Shown: piece by piece, positions 52,501-64,000 of the stretch
How the letters are laid out: each line of letters starts with the position of its first letter
How positions within the stretch are numbered: position 1 is the first letter of the stretch
The notes under the pieces: model-generated
The model's input: only the letters and a program-made list of their open reading frames with translations
The model's database searches: none
What the model was told of the DNA's origin: nothing
NCBI GenBank assembly: GCA_964016885.1
Contig: OZ024747.1
Span: forward strand, 12,586,001 to 12,650,000
Reading direction: 5' to 3'
Length of the DNA: 64,000 nucleotides
From: Eledone cirrhosa
Taxonomy: Eukaryota
Program-made: the position numbers and the translations under genes

Positions 52501-53829
52501 ATTTATATATATTTGGTATTTGTTGCCAGATGTTAAGTTTAATATGGGATGGACTGTTGTATAAGAGTAATCACACACAGCCTAAATCAGAGCTAGAATC
52601 TAGATCTAGTAATAAAGTTAATTATACAATGCAAGTTTTATCTCAAGCTCAGTAATCTCACAGCTTTCCAATGCCTTTTCCAGACTTATAACTAAGACCA
52701 TCAATTGCCCTAACTAGAACGTAAACAAATCTACATCAAACGAATGCAAATCATAATCCTAAAATCAACTCAACTGACCAGGCATAATTGCACAAGACAA
52801 ATTAAATTCAAGCATGTCCTTCTGAACCATGCCCCAGCCCTCCCAGTATAACAACCAACCTGCTCTAATTATTGGTATGGGGACAACAGTTGACATCAGG
52901 CTGCAGCCATTATATTACATAGTTTCTATATTACTCTGCAGCAACTACCACCCCGTTATGTAATTGGTATTGCACTCACACATGATCAGTATAACCACCA
53001 GAAACTACCTCTGGCTTATACCCCAAAACAAACCTGACCTAAAGTAGTCACACACCAAAGTAAATGGTTCATTCAACTACCAGTGCCGAAACTAACCAAA
53101 ACTTTCTAAATGATACCAGTTAGTTGAGCTGAGACCATGAGAATTAAATATCCTGTTTAGGATGAAGAGATTGTATTCTCTGAGCACCTGTCCATAGTTA
53201 AATATTGGCTGGGAAATTTCAAATATATTTGTTAATTGTAAAAGAAATAAAAAGAAGGAAAGGTAGGGAGGGATAGATTCTTCACCCCAGTCTGAGTGGT
53301 GATTCAGCCATGCCCCACAGATAGAATGGCGAAGGTAGCATTGCCACAGAGAATGGCAGCAACACCTGCTACAACTGCCACCCCACCTCACAGGGCTCCT
53401 TCCTCAGGCAGGCAGCTGTCCTTCCAATTTTCTGAATGAAGCAGTAGTGAGGGGCAATAAATTATCAACCTTCTTGCTGACACCCTAATACGTGATATTA
53501 AATTCTATGATATAGCAATAATAATCTAAATAAATCCCATAGCTTAATTTTAAACTGTGCACTTTAAATTGACCTTTTTATCTTTTTATTTATATCAGTT
53601 ATTCAGGTAACTATGCCTTGTCTGATCAGTAAATATAGACAAGCACACTATTAATTTACTTGTTTTGCTCTGTCTGTTCCTGGCTATTGTTGTTGAAAAT
53701 TATAGTATCTGTTGATTCTAATTGACATTCTGTATTCATTCACTTTGTTTTTACTACTATTGCTACAATGGACTTTGTTCTTCCCAACTAGTTACTTCTA
53801 ACTATCTCTCTACTTATATAGTTTTTCTT

Positions 53830-54100
53830 TCTATCATCATCATCTGTTTACCTCTGCTTTTCCATACTTTCATGGGTTGGACTGGTCTTTTTTAGCACAG
53901 CTTCCTTCCACTTACTACATTTCTTCATCATCTCTGCCAGGTTCAGCGTTTTGATATCAGCTCCAACTACATCAGCCCATGTCTTCCTTGGCCTTCCTTT
54001 ACTGCAGCTTCCTTCCACTGGGAAATCTTGGCACTTCACCCAGCAATCATTGTCTACATGCATCACATGTCCATATCAATGCAGTCTTCTCTCTTGCATA
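53830..54100 (-). mobile_element. RTE 3' fragment
   Basis: ORF 53848..54066 reads CWVKCQDFPVEGSCSKGRPRKTWADVV; (CAT)n tail. Confidence 0.8.
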
Positions 54101-55294
54101 CTATATTTATCACCTAAATATGATTCACCTTTCTGAGAACAGTTTCACTGCAGGAATCTTCTACATACCATTTATTCGTGCCCAAACATTAACCTTTAAC
54201 TTTTCCAGCTTTCAATGACTTATGAAATTCTCATCTCTTCTTCCAACATCTTTTCATTAAGGAACAATTCTTCTCCTGTCTCAGACATAATAATGAAAGA
54301 GAAATGGTTGATCTAAATGTTTGTCCTTAATTGTTCACTTAAGTATTTATTTATTAATTTTACAACAGAATCTGAGCTATTTTATATATTTTGCTAGTCA
54401 CTTACTTCAGAAAGTCTACATGTCTAGCTATAGAACAGATGTAAGAATCTAAGGTGAAGGATTCTGTTCAAATTACACTCAATTAACAGACACACCCATA
54501 TTTCCTTCATCATCATTTTGTGTCTGAGTTTCTATGCTAGCGTGGATTGAACAGGCCATCACAAACCAAGTCCTTAATCGGAGTTATTACACATTTAGAA
54601 GGGTCGGGAACATCTCACTTTGTTTCATTTTAAAAAAAACGATTTCTAAAGTTAGATTCCATTCCTATTGCCAACAATATGGCTCCAGCCTTAAGGAGAT
54701 TGTCTACATATAGAACATATTCAAGGTTGCTTCTATAACTGTGTGAGCTATGGATATCATTTCACACTTTGTCTCGTATCACAATTTAACATGATTAGCA
54801 TATGAACTTTATTTAAAATGTTATCTTTTCCAGCATCTTTTACAGCTTGTATCTATGGTGGAGTGTATATTGATTTCTAACTTTAGCATGAGGCTACACA
54901 TTTTGTGGGAGAGGTGTAGTCAATTTAATTGGGCCCCCCCCCCCCCCCCCCAAAAAAAAAATTTGATTGATACTTGTTTTATTGACATCCCCACCTAGAA
55001 TGATAGAAAGCCAAGTTAAATTTCAACTCAGAATTTAATGAGATATTTAACTAAATAGTTTTACATTAATGTAAATTAACCAGAATTTACTGTCTAAAAG
55101 TTGTGGAAAGCAAGATGTATTATGCTCCAATATTTAAATAAAGTTGTCTTTCCCACATGTTTATTATTATGATTGATTAATTTATTCTAAAATCAAGATG
55201 GGAGCTTTCTCAAAATATATCTGACACAGGTTTTACTTGTATTCATTCACTGCTTGTAGTTCAAACTTGAACTGCAAGCAGTGTTACATGAAGT

Positions 55295-55600
55295 CACTGT
55301 TATTCAAGGTAGGCTCTGCAATCATTAGTTCCTGGATTCAATCCAACTGTGAGGCATCTTACCATAGCCTCAGGCGGACCCTAGCTTTGAGAGTGAAATT
55401 GGGGAGACATAAACTGTTTGAAAGCCTGTCAGATGGACTGTACTTTATTTTAAGGGACCTGCCTTGTCATGCTGAATCTCCCTGAGTTGTTAAATGTGTG
55501 TGTGTGTGGAATGCTCAGCCACTTACATGTTAATTTCATGAGCAGTCTGTTCAGGTGATTAAACAACTGGAATATTCATAAAGGCCAATGGATGCCCATT
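55295..55600 (+). mobile_element. Older SINE with a conserved central domain (family not assigned)
   Basis: B-box-like ggattcaatcc and core ccttgtcatgctgaatctccctgag...ctcagccacttacatgttaatttcatgagcag. Related copies at ~27720-27880 (-), ~28600-28970 and ~40950-41280. Confidence 0.55.
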
Positions 55601-58600
55601 CTCTACTAGAGGTTGTCGTAAGACTAAAGCTTTTAAAATAGAAGTCATCAACCTGACTTCTATAGAGTGTTTAATCTGTTACAGTTCTGGTGTAGTTTTT
55701 TTCATTAAAAATTTGGCTCTCTTTAATTTGTAGAGTGCAAGAGTGGTAGATTAGTAGAGAATCAGATAACATGCTGTTATGGTATTTGTTTTGTCTTTTT
55801 ATATTCTGAATACAGATCTCACCAAAGTTATTGTTGCTTTTTAACTTTCTATGTACTGGGGGGAATTTAATCAACTTTACCCTTCTCCCAAATTTGCTGG
55901 CCTTGTGCCTAAATTTAGAAATCAATATATAGATCACAATTTTTAAGTTTAAACCTTAGGAGGATAATGTGCTTCATAATAAAGCTGGGATCATCATTAT
56001 CATTTTACATCTGATTTCCATGCTGGCTTGGGTTGGACGAGTTCTCGTGGTCCAAAACCAGATGGGTCGGAATGACCTTATCTTGCTCATATATTCCTAA
56101 TGCCAGCCATCTTATATGGTGGTGTTGTTGTTTTTTGTGACACCACTACTGCCACTTAACAGTTTACTGAGTGCATTTTATCTTGGCACCAGCACCATAG
56201 AGGTTATCACATGATTGTCCAAACTTTAGTGGCACAATGGCAGGTCTTTTGTATTATATCATATTGCCAGTCGGGTTATTCCTATTCATTGTGATATTCA
56301 GTGTCTTGAGCACATTCTTCACAATAGTTTGAAATATCAGATATTTCATTTCATACCAGAGATCTACTCAGGCAGAAATGACTGAGTCTAACCAACAATT
56401 GCAAATATTGAGGCCACCATAGAAGCCACTGAGAAGAACATTGGTAATTTGGGGATCTAAAAAAATCTTAAAAGGTACAAACCTAGATCTGAGTTACATG
56501 AAGCCAACTGGTTATTGTGACAAATCTACATGTTACTTCTCAATTGACTGACTTCCACCAAAGGTCACTCACAACAAGGAATAGCTCTTAAGAACAACAG
56601 TCTAATTTTTCTTGTTATTTCTTGATTTGATAAGGTTCTAACCTCAAAGTATCATGAAATATAGAGTAAAACTTGTTTTATCATTCTTATTTTACTCTAG
56701 TTCCACCATTATATTTCCTACTTGCATTGTATTGGTTTTCCTAATACATTCTTAATAGTGTTGATATTTTGTTTGTTTAATTGTTCACTATAAAGAAATA
56801 AGATTCTGCTAGCAGGGAAAGTGAATGTGGAACGATGAGGATGATTTAATATATGTAAGATAAGTTTAAAAATGAAAGCAAAGAACTGAAACTAAAAGGA
56901 AAAGTTTACAGTATTTTAAATGATATCCAACTGCATAAACTAGAAAACTAAATGCCAAAAATATGTTCTACTGTGATAGACTAATCTTCCTTATTAGATT
57001 AGGTCAGTTGTCTCATGGAAAAGACTGAAGGTCACAGACTTATATAGAAGTCATCTTACTGAAGCATTCAGCAGGATAGGAAATTGTCTTTGAACCCTTT
57101 TGATACTAACCTGCCTGAAACCACCCTGATTCTTTTATGCAAAACTGCCTATTTTAAAATGTTCATACTTAAATAAAATTATGCAGGAAGCGTTTTAATA
57201 TAAGTAACCTTTATGTTCCAAACACCAACTTAATAATGAGAAAGTTATTTTTCTTTTTAAATCCCTCCAAATGCTAGATTATTTTCAAAATTAATTGAAA
57301 CACATAGGCAGTATCTTTTACTAGAAATATGGTGACAAAAGAAATAAGCATTTGTTTGTAAATAAGCTGTAATAACTCTCATTGGTACCATCAAATCAAA
57401 AGTCTTTGGTTCTGTGATCTAGCAGGGAAAGCAGACATTAAGCAATGGTGATATATCTTTTCTCTTAAGTTGAATGCCCTTCCTATTCAACATAGAACAT
57501 TTATTTTCAGCCAGTCTTACAGAAACAAACATAGTACAGACATGCTTAGGGGGTTCTTATTTCTGCTTGTGTTCAATCATCCAGAATTATCCTACAACAA
57601 TTGTTTTTGGTGGGTTATTTTCAGTTACATATAAATTGTTCTTTGATCTGCCTCTTAGAAATCATCATTCTTGCCAAATTAATTTATTTGGTAGTTATTG
57701 ATATTTTTTAAGATGTTCAACTAGTTTGAATATGTGTATGAATTGTTGGAACAGATGTTTTGCAGTTCAGTATACCACTCACTCAAGCACAAAGTGATAA
57801 CTATTTTCAAACAGGTAAACTGAATCAAGGTGATTAATGTGTCAGCTTTAACAACTGATACCAGTTAACACACAATTTGAACCTACACCTTTAGGTTAAT
57901 GTTTTACCATCACAATCCTTTACACATCACTGCAGTTGTTGCTTTAAACATCACAGCTATTTACTGCAGTTGTTATTGTTTTAAACATCACAGTTGTTTA
58001 CTGCAGTTGTTGTTGTTTTAAACATCACAGCTCTTTACTGCAGGTGTTGTTTTAGACATCTCAACCTTTTACTCAATTGTTGCTTTACAACCTTATATGC
58101 ACAATCATACAGGAATCAAACCTGTTCTACCAGTAATAGGTGTGACATGAAGTGAAGTTTTTCTGAACATTTAGAAATTGATTCAGATAAACGATTTTAA
58201 AACCTGTGATTAGGAGATTGTAGGGAAAATTACTCCTCATACTTTCATAGGTCATGGATTCTTATACTCTGTAGGTATTTTGTTATATTATAACAGCCAT
58301 GCTTCTACCATTGAGAAATTTAAAATCAAATGTCCACATTCTCCTACCACTCCCATGATTCTTTGTGACCACTACTAAGCCACTAATATGACCATTCTGA
58401 AGATTGAGCTGTGAAGGCTTCCTATGAATTTAGGAACACTGTTGGTTCTAAACTAAACATGAGCAATGTGATAGGATAGCAATAGAAATGTGATGGTATG
58501 GGAGAGTGAGTGATGAGTACCATAGAGAATATTAGATATCAATTGAGTTTTGTGCAGTGTGATGGTATTGAATATAGTCCTTTAGAACAACAGGGCCCAC

Positions 58601-59827
58601 GAGTGGTGAATCTCAGCATTGGATGGTGGTGAGTAGGAAAGGGAGGGTAATATCAACAAGGGGATTTATGTGTGGGGAGTGAAAATGGTTAAATACATTG
58701 TCTTAAGGGGTGATGGTGAGTGAGAGAGAGAGATTAGTAGTGTTAATGGGAGTAATAGAGGTAATAGTAATGATGGGGGATAATGAAGGGCTCAGCTGTT
58801 GACCAATCAGATGCCTTCTCTTCTCTGTTACTTAGTCAGCATGGTGCAGTGTATATTATATAACAAGGTGCAGTTTGCTTGTGTAATGCAGTAACTGTTA
58901 TATAGCATGATGTGATGTATATCTCAACTTGGTGCATATAGCAGGGTGTAGTGCATATTTCAGCCTGGTGCAGTGGATATCGGATAGCAGGGTGTAGTGA
59001 CTACATCAGTGTGGTGCAGAGGATATCGGATAGCAGGGTGTAGGGACTACCTCAGCGTGGTGCAGTGTATATTCAAAAACCTGTTGTAATGAATGTGTGT
59101 GTGTGGTGCAGTGGATATCATAGCAGAATCATAAAAGTGATAGTTGTGTGCAAATCTTAGTCTCCATCACTTCCGCCGTCACTTATGATGTTGCAACCAT
59201 GTTATTGTACTAGTACTGGTGAGAGTGGAGTCTGCTCCAGCATTGTATCTCTTTGTTAGATAAGAACTTACCCATTATATTGTTTTTCTATAATAAAGAC
59301 CTGGACCATCTGTTGCCCAAAGTACTAAAAGCTCCCATCATTGTGTGTAATCAACTCTGGTTCTAAAATGAAGGGACCACCTCTCTGATATTCAGGGGCT
59401 AATATTAATAGGAACAGTAGACAAGCTTGCACTATTAGGCAGTTGCTGACTACATTGAACAGACTTGTCTCATATATAGCTGGAGACTGATGGGAAAAGA
59501 TATCGTATTTAGGAAATACAAAACTAAGATGGTTGGTGTTAGGAAGGGTATCCTGCCATAGAATCGAAACTAAAAATGGAAAGTATGAACAAAACATTGT
59601 CATCTGATTCGTCTAACCCATGCAGGCATGTAAAATAGATGTTAAACAGTTGTGGTGGTGATGATGATGATGATGAAACATGCTCAACTGGAGCATCTCA
59701 TCAAAGATGTTCTGAAGTTTACAATCTTTCATTTTTTATTCTTATTGAAAAACCTGAATCTTCTAGAAAGAAGTACAGTGATTTTGAAGAACTATAGACT
59801 GTTGAATGTAGTGCGTTACAAAACAGT

Positions 59828-60044
59828 AAACCTTTAGCATTTAAACCGGCCGTATCCAGCTAGAATTCTCTCCTCGCCTCTTTCTGTTCAAACTGGCCAT
59901 AAGTGGCTGCTCATACTTATGTTAAGTTATTGCTCTCAAAATAAATAGTATAAAAATCTCATAGATTTGATATTATGTGAGGTAAAGTGTTTACCACGAA
60001 AATAAAATAGTAAATATAGAGTAATGTAAATGCTAAAGGGTTAA
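59828..60044. mobile_element. MITE copy
   Basis: Same family; right end intact. Confidence 0.85.
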
Positions 60045-60597
60045 ACCATTATCATTTACATACTCTTATGAGCAGTCAGTATGTTTGGTGATTGATTTTT
60101 TTTTTAATGTGGCAGCAGAAAATAGATAGCATCTATAAGCTCAGTTGGTCTCACTAGGGAATCCATCCGGATCATTTGGAGATGCTTACTTCTGATAAGA
60201 TCTTCTGGAAAGTGTGTCTGAGGACTCTTCCCCCACAACCCTCTCAGGAATAAGTTGGTGAAGGAGAAAATGTGTAATATATATATATTTGACAATTCCA
60301 TTGCATGTAAATAAATATTTCTAGATCAGAACCAAATGTCTGAGAGGATGAAAGTTTCACTCACCACATTATGCCAACAACATGCCCACCATCAATTTGT
60401 GTTTTCTTATTGTCTCTCCTTCATTGCAAATGAATTTACCCAACACTTTTCTGTAAAATTACATCCCCTGGAACTTATTTATTTTTTCACTGACTGACCT
60501 GGAAAGTTTCAATCCAACAGGACATATAAAGGTATGAACTCTACACCTACACCAACCTTTTCATGGACTGAATAATTAAGTGAAAATAGATTGTGTA

Positions 60598-60634
<37 letters not shown>

Positions 60635-60688
60635 TATATATTAATTCAAAATATTAATAAATATAGACATTCAACGTAATCAAAATGT

Positions 60689-60752
60689 ATTTTATTAAAT
60701 ATATTTTGGAGGTACTGTGCTGTTTTTTCAGTACGTCCTCATCAGATAAAAT
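60689..60752 (-). ncRNA. Degenerate hammerhead ribozyme motif
   Basis: attttat-CTGATGA-ggacgtactg...cagtacctcc-aAAA-tatattTA-ataaaat; stem I pairs perfectly; G12 is mutated. Confidence 0.55.
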
Positions 60753-60817
60753 ATATAAATTGATGTATGACATACCTCAACTGTGCTGATGGTTCAATTC
60801 CAGTCTTGGCAGTCATA

Positions 60818-60848
<31 letters not shown>

Positions 60849-60949
60849 TATATATAAATAAATAAATATATAATCATAAGTTTTGTTTCATTTTTTTATG
60901 TTGGTATGGGTTGAACATATGTTTCAATACAGCACCTATCTTCTTGTGA

Positions 60950-61540
60950 TTCATCATCTCTTTATCCTTTGTGAGGCTCAACATCTACAGATCAACCCTC
61001 ACCACTTCTACCCTTGGGTCATCATCTCTCCTCATTCTTTGTGAAACTCGGCATTTATAGCTCAGCTCTTACCACTTCTACTTATGGTTCATCATCTCCT
61101 CCTTATCCTTTGAGAGGCTGAACATCTACAGATCAGCCCTCATCACTTCTATCCATGGTTCATCATCTACCCTCATCCTTTGAGCGGCTCAACATCTATA
61201 GATCATCCCTCACCACTTATGCCCATGGTTCATCATCTATCATCCTTTGAGAGGCTCAACATTTACAGAACAGCCCTCCACTTACACCCATGGTTCATCA
61301 TCTATCATCCTTTGAGAGGCTCAACATTTACAGAACAGCCCTCCACTTACACCCATGGTTCATCATCTATCATCCTTTGAGAGGCTCAACATTTACAGAA
61401 CAGCCCTCCACTTACACCCATGGTTCATCTATCATCCTTTGAGAGGCTCAACATTTACAGAACAGCCCTCCACTTACACCCATGGTTCATCATCTATCAT
61501 GCTTTGAGAGGCTCTATAGCTCAGCCCTCACCACTTACCT
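60950..61540. repeat. Minisatellite, ~59-64 bp unit
   Basis: catcctttgagaggctcaacatttacagaacagccctccacttacacccatggttcatcatctat repeated about 9 times. Confidence 0.92.
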
Positions 61541-61544
61541 ACAG

Positions 61545-61900
61545 TGTCTTTGATCTTCCCCTTCCACAAGCTCCTCCTACTTGCTTTGTCTGACACTGTT
61601 TGCCCAACTGTCATTCTTCATATGCATCACAATGCTCTCTTCTTCGTACACACTGACGTCATACATTCAATGCAGCAAGCTTGGCTCATTTATTACCAGC
61701 TTTCACATATCCTTCCCAGTCAACACTCATGTCTGGCTACCATAATATATCACCTTCGCCTTCAAGTCTCATACTGTCTGTCCTTCACTTGGAGAGGAAA
61801 ACTATTTGTTGTCAACAGATGTTATAGCTCACCCACACCTACTGCCTGGTTAAGTTACCTAGGCAACCAAAGTTATCAACTACTGTCAACAAACCTGGAC
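61545..61900 (-). mobile_element. Degenerate RTE RT C-terminal fragment
   Basis: Reverse complement resembles the YLG..GGG..ELLPLL.TKGFSL.VKG.LY segment of the 9.5-kb copy. Confidence 0.6.
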
Positions 61901-62819
61901 AATTAATAGTGTGTATATGTGTATAGGTATGTGTGTGTGTGTGAATACAATGTGTGTGTGTGTATAGAATGTGTATGCATGCATGTGTGTGTGTGCATAG
62001 AATGTGTATGCGTGTGTGTGTGTGTGTGTGCATAGAATGTGTATGCATGTATACAATGTTTGTGCATGTGTGAATACAATATGTATGCATATGGGCATGT
62101 GAGCATACAATGTGTGTGTATGTGTCCAAAACCCAATGTCACTGTCGCACATTTTAGTCAAGATAGCTTATTTGTGCTAGCTTCTCTTCATGGACAAAAG
62201 GACAAGGATAGTTGTCTTCTGATTTACAGCTGATTAACTATAAAATATATAAATACAATCTCTTACATTTTTGTGTATTTAAACATACCTTAGATTTTCT
62301 AATGAATGCTGTGTTGGGCATAAACAATAATATATCATACACTGTAAAGTGGGCGTGTAGGAGTCACAACAAAAAGCACCCAACACACACTGTAAATGCG
62401 GTTGGCATTAGGAAGGGCATCCAGCCATAGAAACCTAGCCAGAAACAGTTCTATGTGAGCAAGATACAGTCACCTGACCCAAGTTACCTCTAATGGGACA
62501 ACCCATGCTAGCGTGGAAAATGGACGTTAAACGACGATGATGATATCGTTGTCATCATTTTTACGTCCACTTTTCCATGTATAATCTATTTTTAGAATCA
62601 TTGAGCAATAGGAAGTTTTTTTGTGAATTTGAAAGACACATCACATTGTTTGACTGAGAAATAGTCTTATAAGTTGGACTTACAAACCCTGAAGATGGAA
62701 AAAAAACCTTTTACAACACCACTTGGACGGGGCTGTACAACATTTCATAGCCAAACTACATTGATGCTTTTTTTCAAATTCACAAATATGTATATATATA
62801 TATATATATATAGGAAACT

Positions 62820-63005
62820 AGTCAGGACCCCGACGGCTGAGCTCCGGCCATTTCAACAGCCAGTTCAGAACTAGCTGTTGAAATGGCCGTAGCTCAGCCG
62901 TCGGGGTCCTGACTCTTTTCCTATTATCCACTCTACCACCCATAGTATCGAGTACTCTGGTATGTTATGGTCCACCTGGTTCCTTACCACACTTCCTTCA
63001 TTATA
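62820..63005. mobile_element. Second copy of the fold-back element
   Basis: Same arms and tail as 4826-5010; flanked by (TA)n. Confidence 0.6.
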
Positions 63006-63690
63006 TATATCATCACCGTTTTACGTCTGTTCTTCCACGCTAGCATGGGTTAGACGGGTTGTCCTGTTGTGGGCAGTGTCTGGTCGGCTGACCATGCCTT
63101 GCTCATGCAGGAACTGATTTGGCTTGATTTCTACAGCTGGATGCCCTTCCTAACACTAACCTCATTTACAGTGAGTGCTGGGTGCTTTTTCGTGGCGCCT
63201 ACACGTCCACTTTACAGTGTGGGCTGGGTGCTTTTTTGCCGTGGCACCTCCACGACCACCTTGCAGTGGGGGGTGTGGGGGCACATTGTCTATATGCTTC
63301 AGCTTGTACCCATGGGAGGTCGGGTACTCTGTATTACTGCGTGACGCCAGAGGTCACGGTCGTGTCTCATATATAAATATATCATATTCCACTTGGTTGT
63401 GGTAGGGCTGATAATGTTAAAACTCAATGTGTCCTTGGAAAGATAGTTGCTGTGAGATTAGGCAGTGTGACCAGTAGTTTTTGTGGTAGGTGATCGCTTA
63501 ACGTATCCTCAAAGAAAATCCATCCAGGTTACAGAGTCATTTACTATATGTGTTTGTCTAGAGTACAGTGAAAAAAGACAGTTTCATTGTTCTATGCTCA
63601 AACACACACATATATAATATATATGCTTGGTGGTTACTGATCTGTCCAGCTCGTTTGTCTACCAGCATATGAAAAAATTATACATCTATG

Positions 63691-63770
63691 TATTTTGTCT
63701 GAAGAGGACATGTTTTGCTTTATGTAATACATAAAACTTTACATCTTCGAAATATATATAAGATAAATAA
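63691..63770 (+). ncRNA. Degenerate hammerhead ribozyme motif
   Basis: CTGAAGA-ggacatgt...acatcttc-GAAA-tatataTA-agataaata, followed by aataaa. Confidence 0.45.
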
Positions 63771-64000
63771 AGAGGATATAAAGTATTTATCTTTTGTTCA
63801 TTACTATTATATCATCATCATCATCATCATCGTTTAACGTCTATCTTCCACGCTAGCATGGGTTAGACAGGAGTTGTCCCACTTGAGGCAAGATTGGTCG
63901 GGTGACCGTGTCTCACTCGTATAGGACTGTATCTGGCAGGTTTTCTACGGCTGGATGCCTTTCCTAACACCAACCACATTTACAGTGTGGACTGGGAGCT

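Noticed and set aside
61839-62233. His/Thr-rich ORFs
   Set aside because: Derived from degenerate (TG)n repeats.
43201-64000. RRAS2 exon 2 (SYFVTDYDPTIEDSY expected)
   Set aside because: Not found by eye or in the ORF track; the intron probably extends beyond the window.

Overview
AT-rich, repeat-dense animal genomic DNA. The SINE/LINE repertoire and microsatellites suggest a coleoid cephalopod such as Octopus (inference). Two host genes lie on the + strand. The first is a mitochondrial glutamate carrier (SLC25A22/SLC25A18 family) with 8 coding exons from 16844 to 31006 that splice in frame at GT-AG sites; its first few codons were not located, and it probably has a long 3' UTR reaching about 37.7 kb. 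The second is the first coding exon of an R-Ras2/TC21-like GTPase (43096-43200), whose next intron runs past the window end. The rest is mobile and repeated DNA: a 5'-truncated RTE-type LINE with a PHD-like finger inside its RT region, two tRNA-derived SINE families, about 13 copies of a TTAA-flanked piggyBac-type MITE, and many mini/microsatellites. Most ORF-track entries are microsatellite artefacts. The most notable unannotated signals are degenerate type-I hammerhead ribozyme motifs in Penelope-like relics beside (TA)n tracts, long hairpins in the presumed 3' UTR, a perfect 72-bp fold-back, and a duplicated in-frame splice donor. I found no convincing wholly new multi-gene system.
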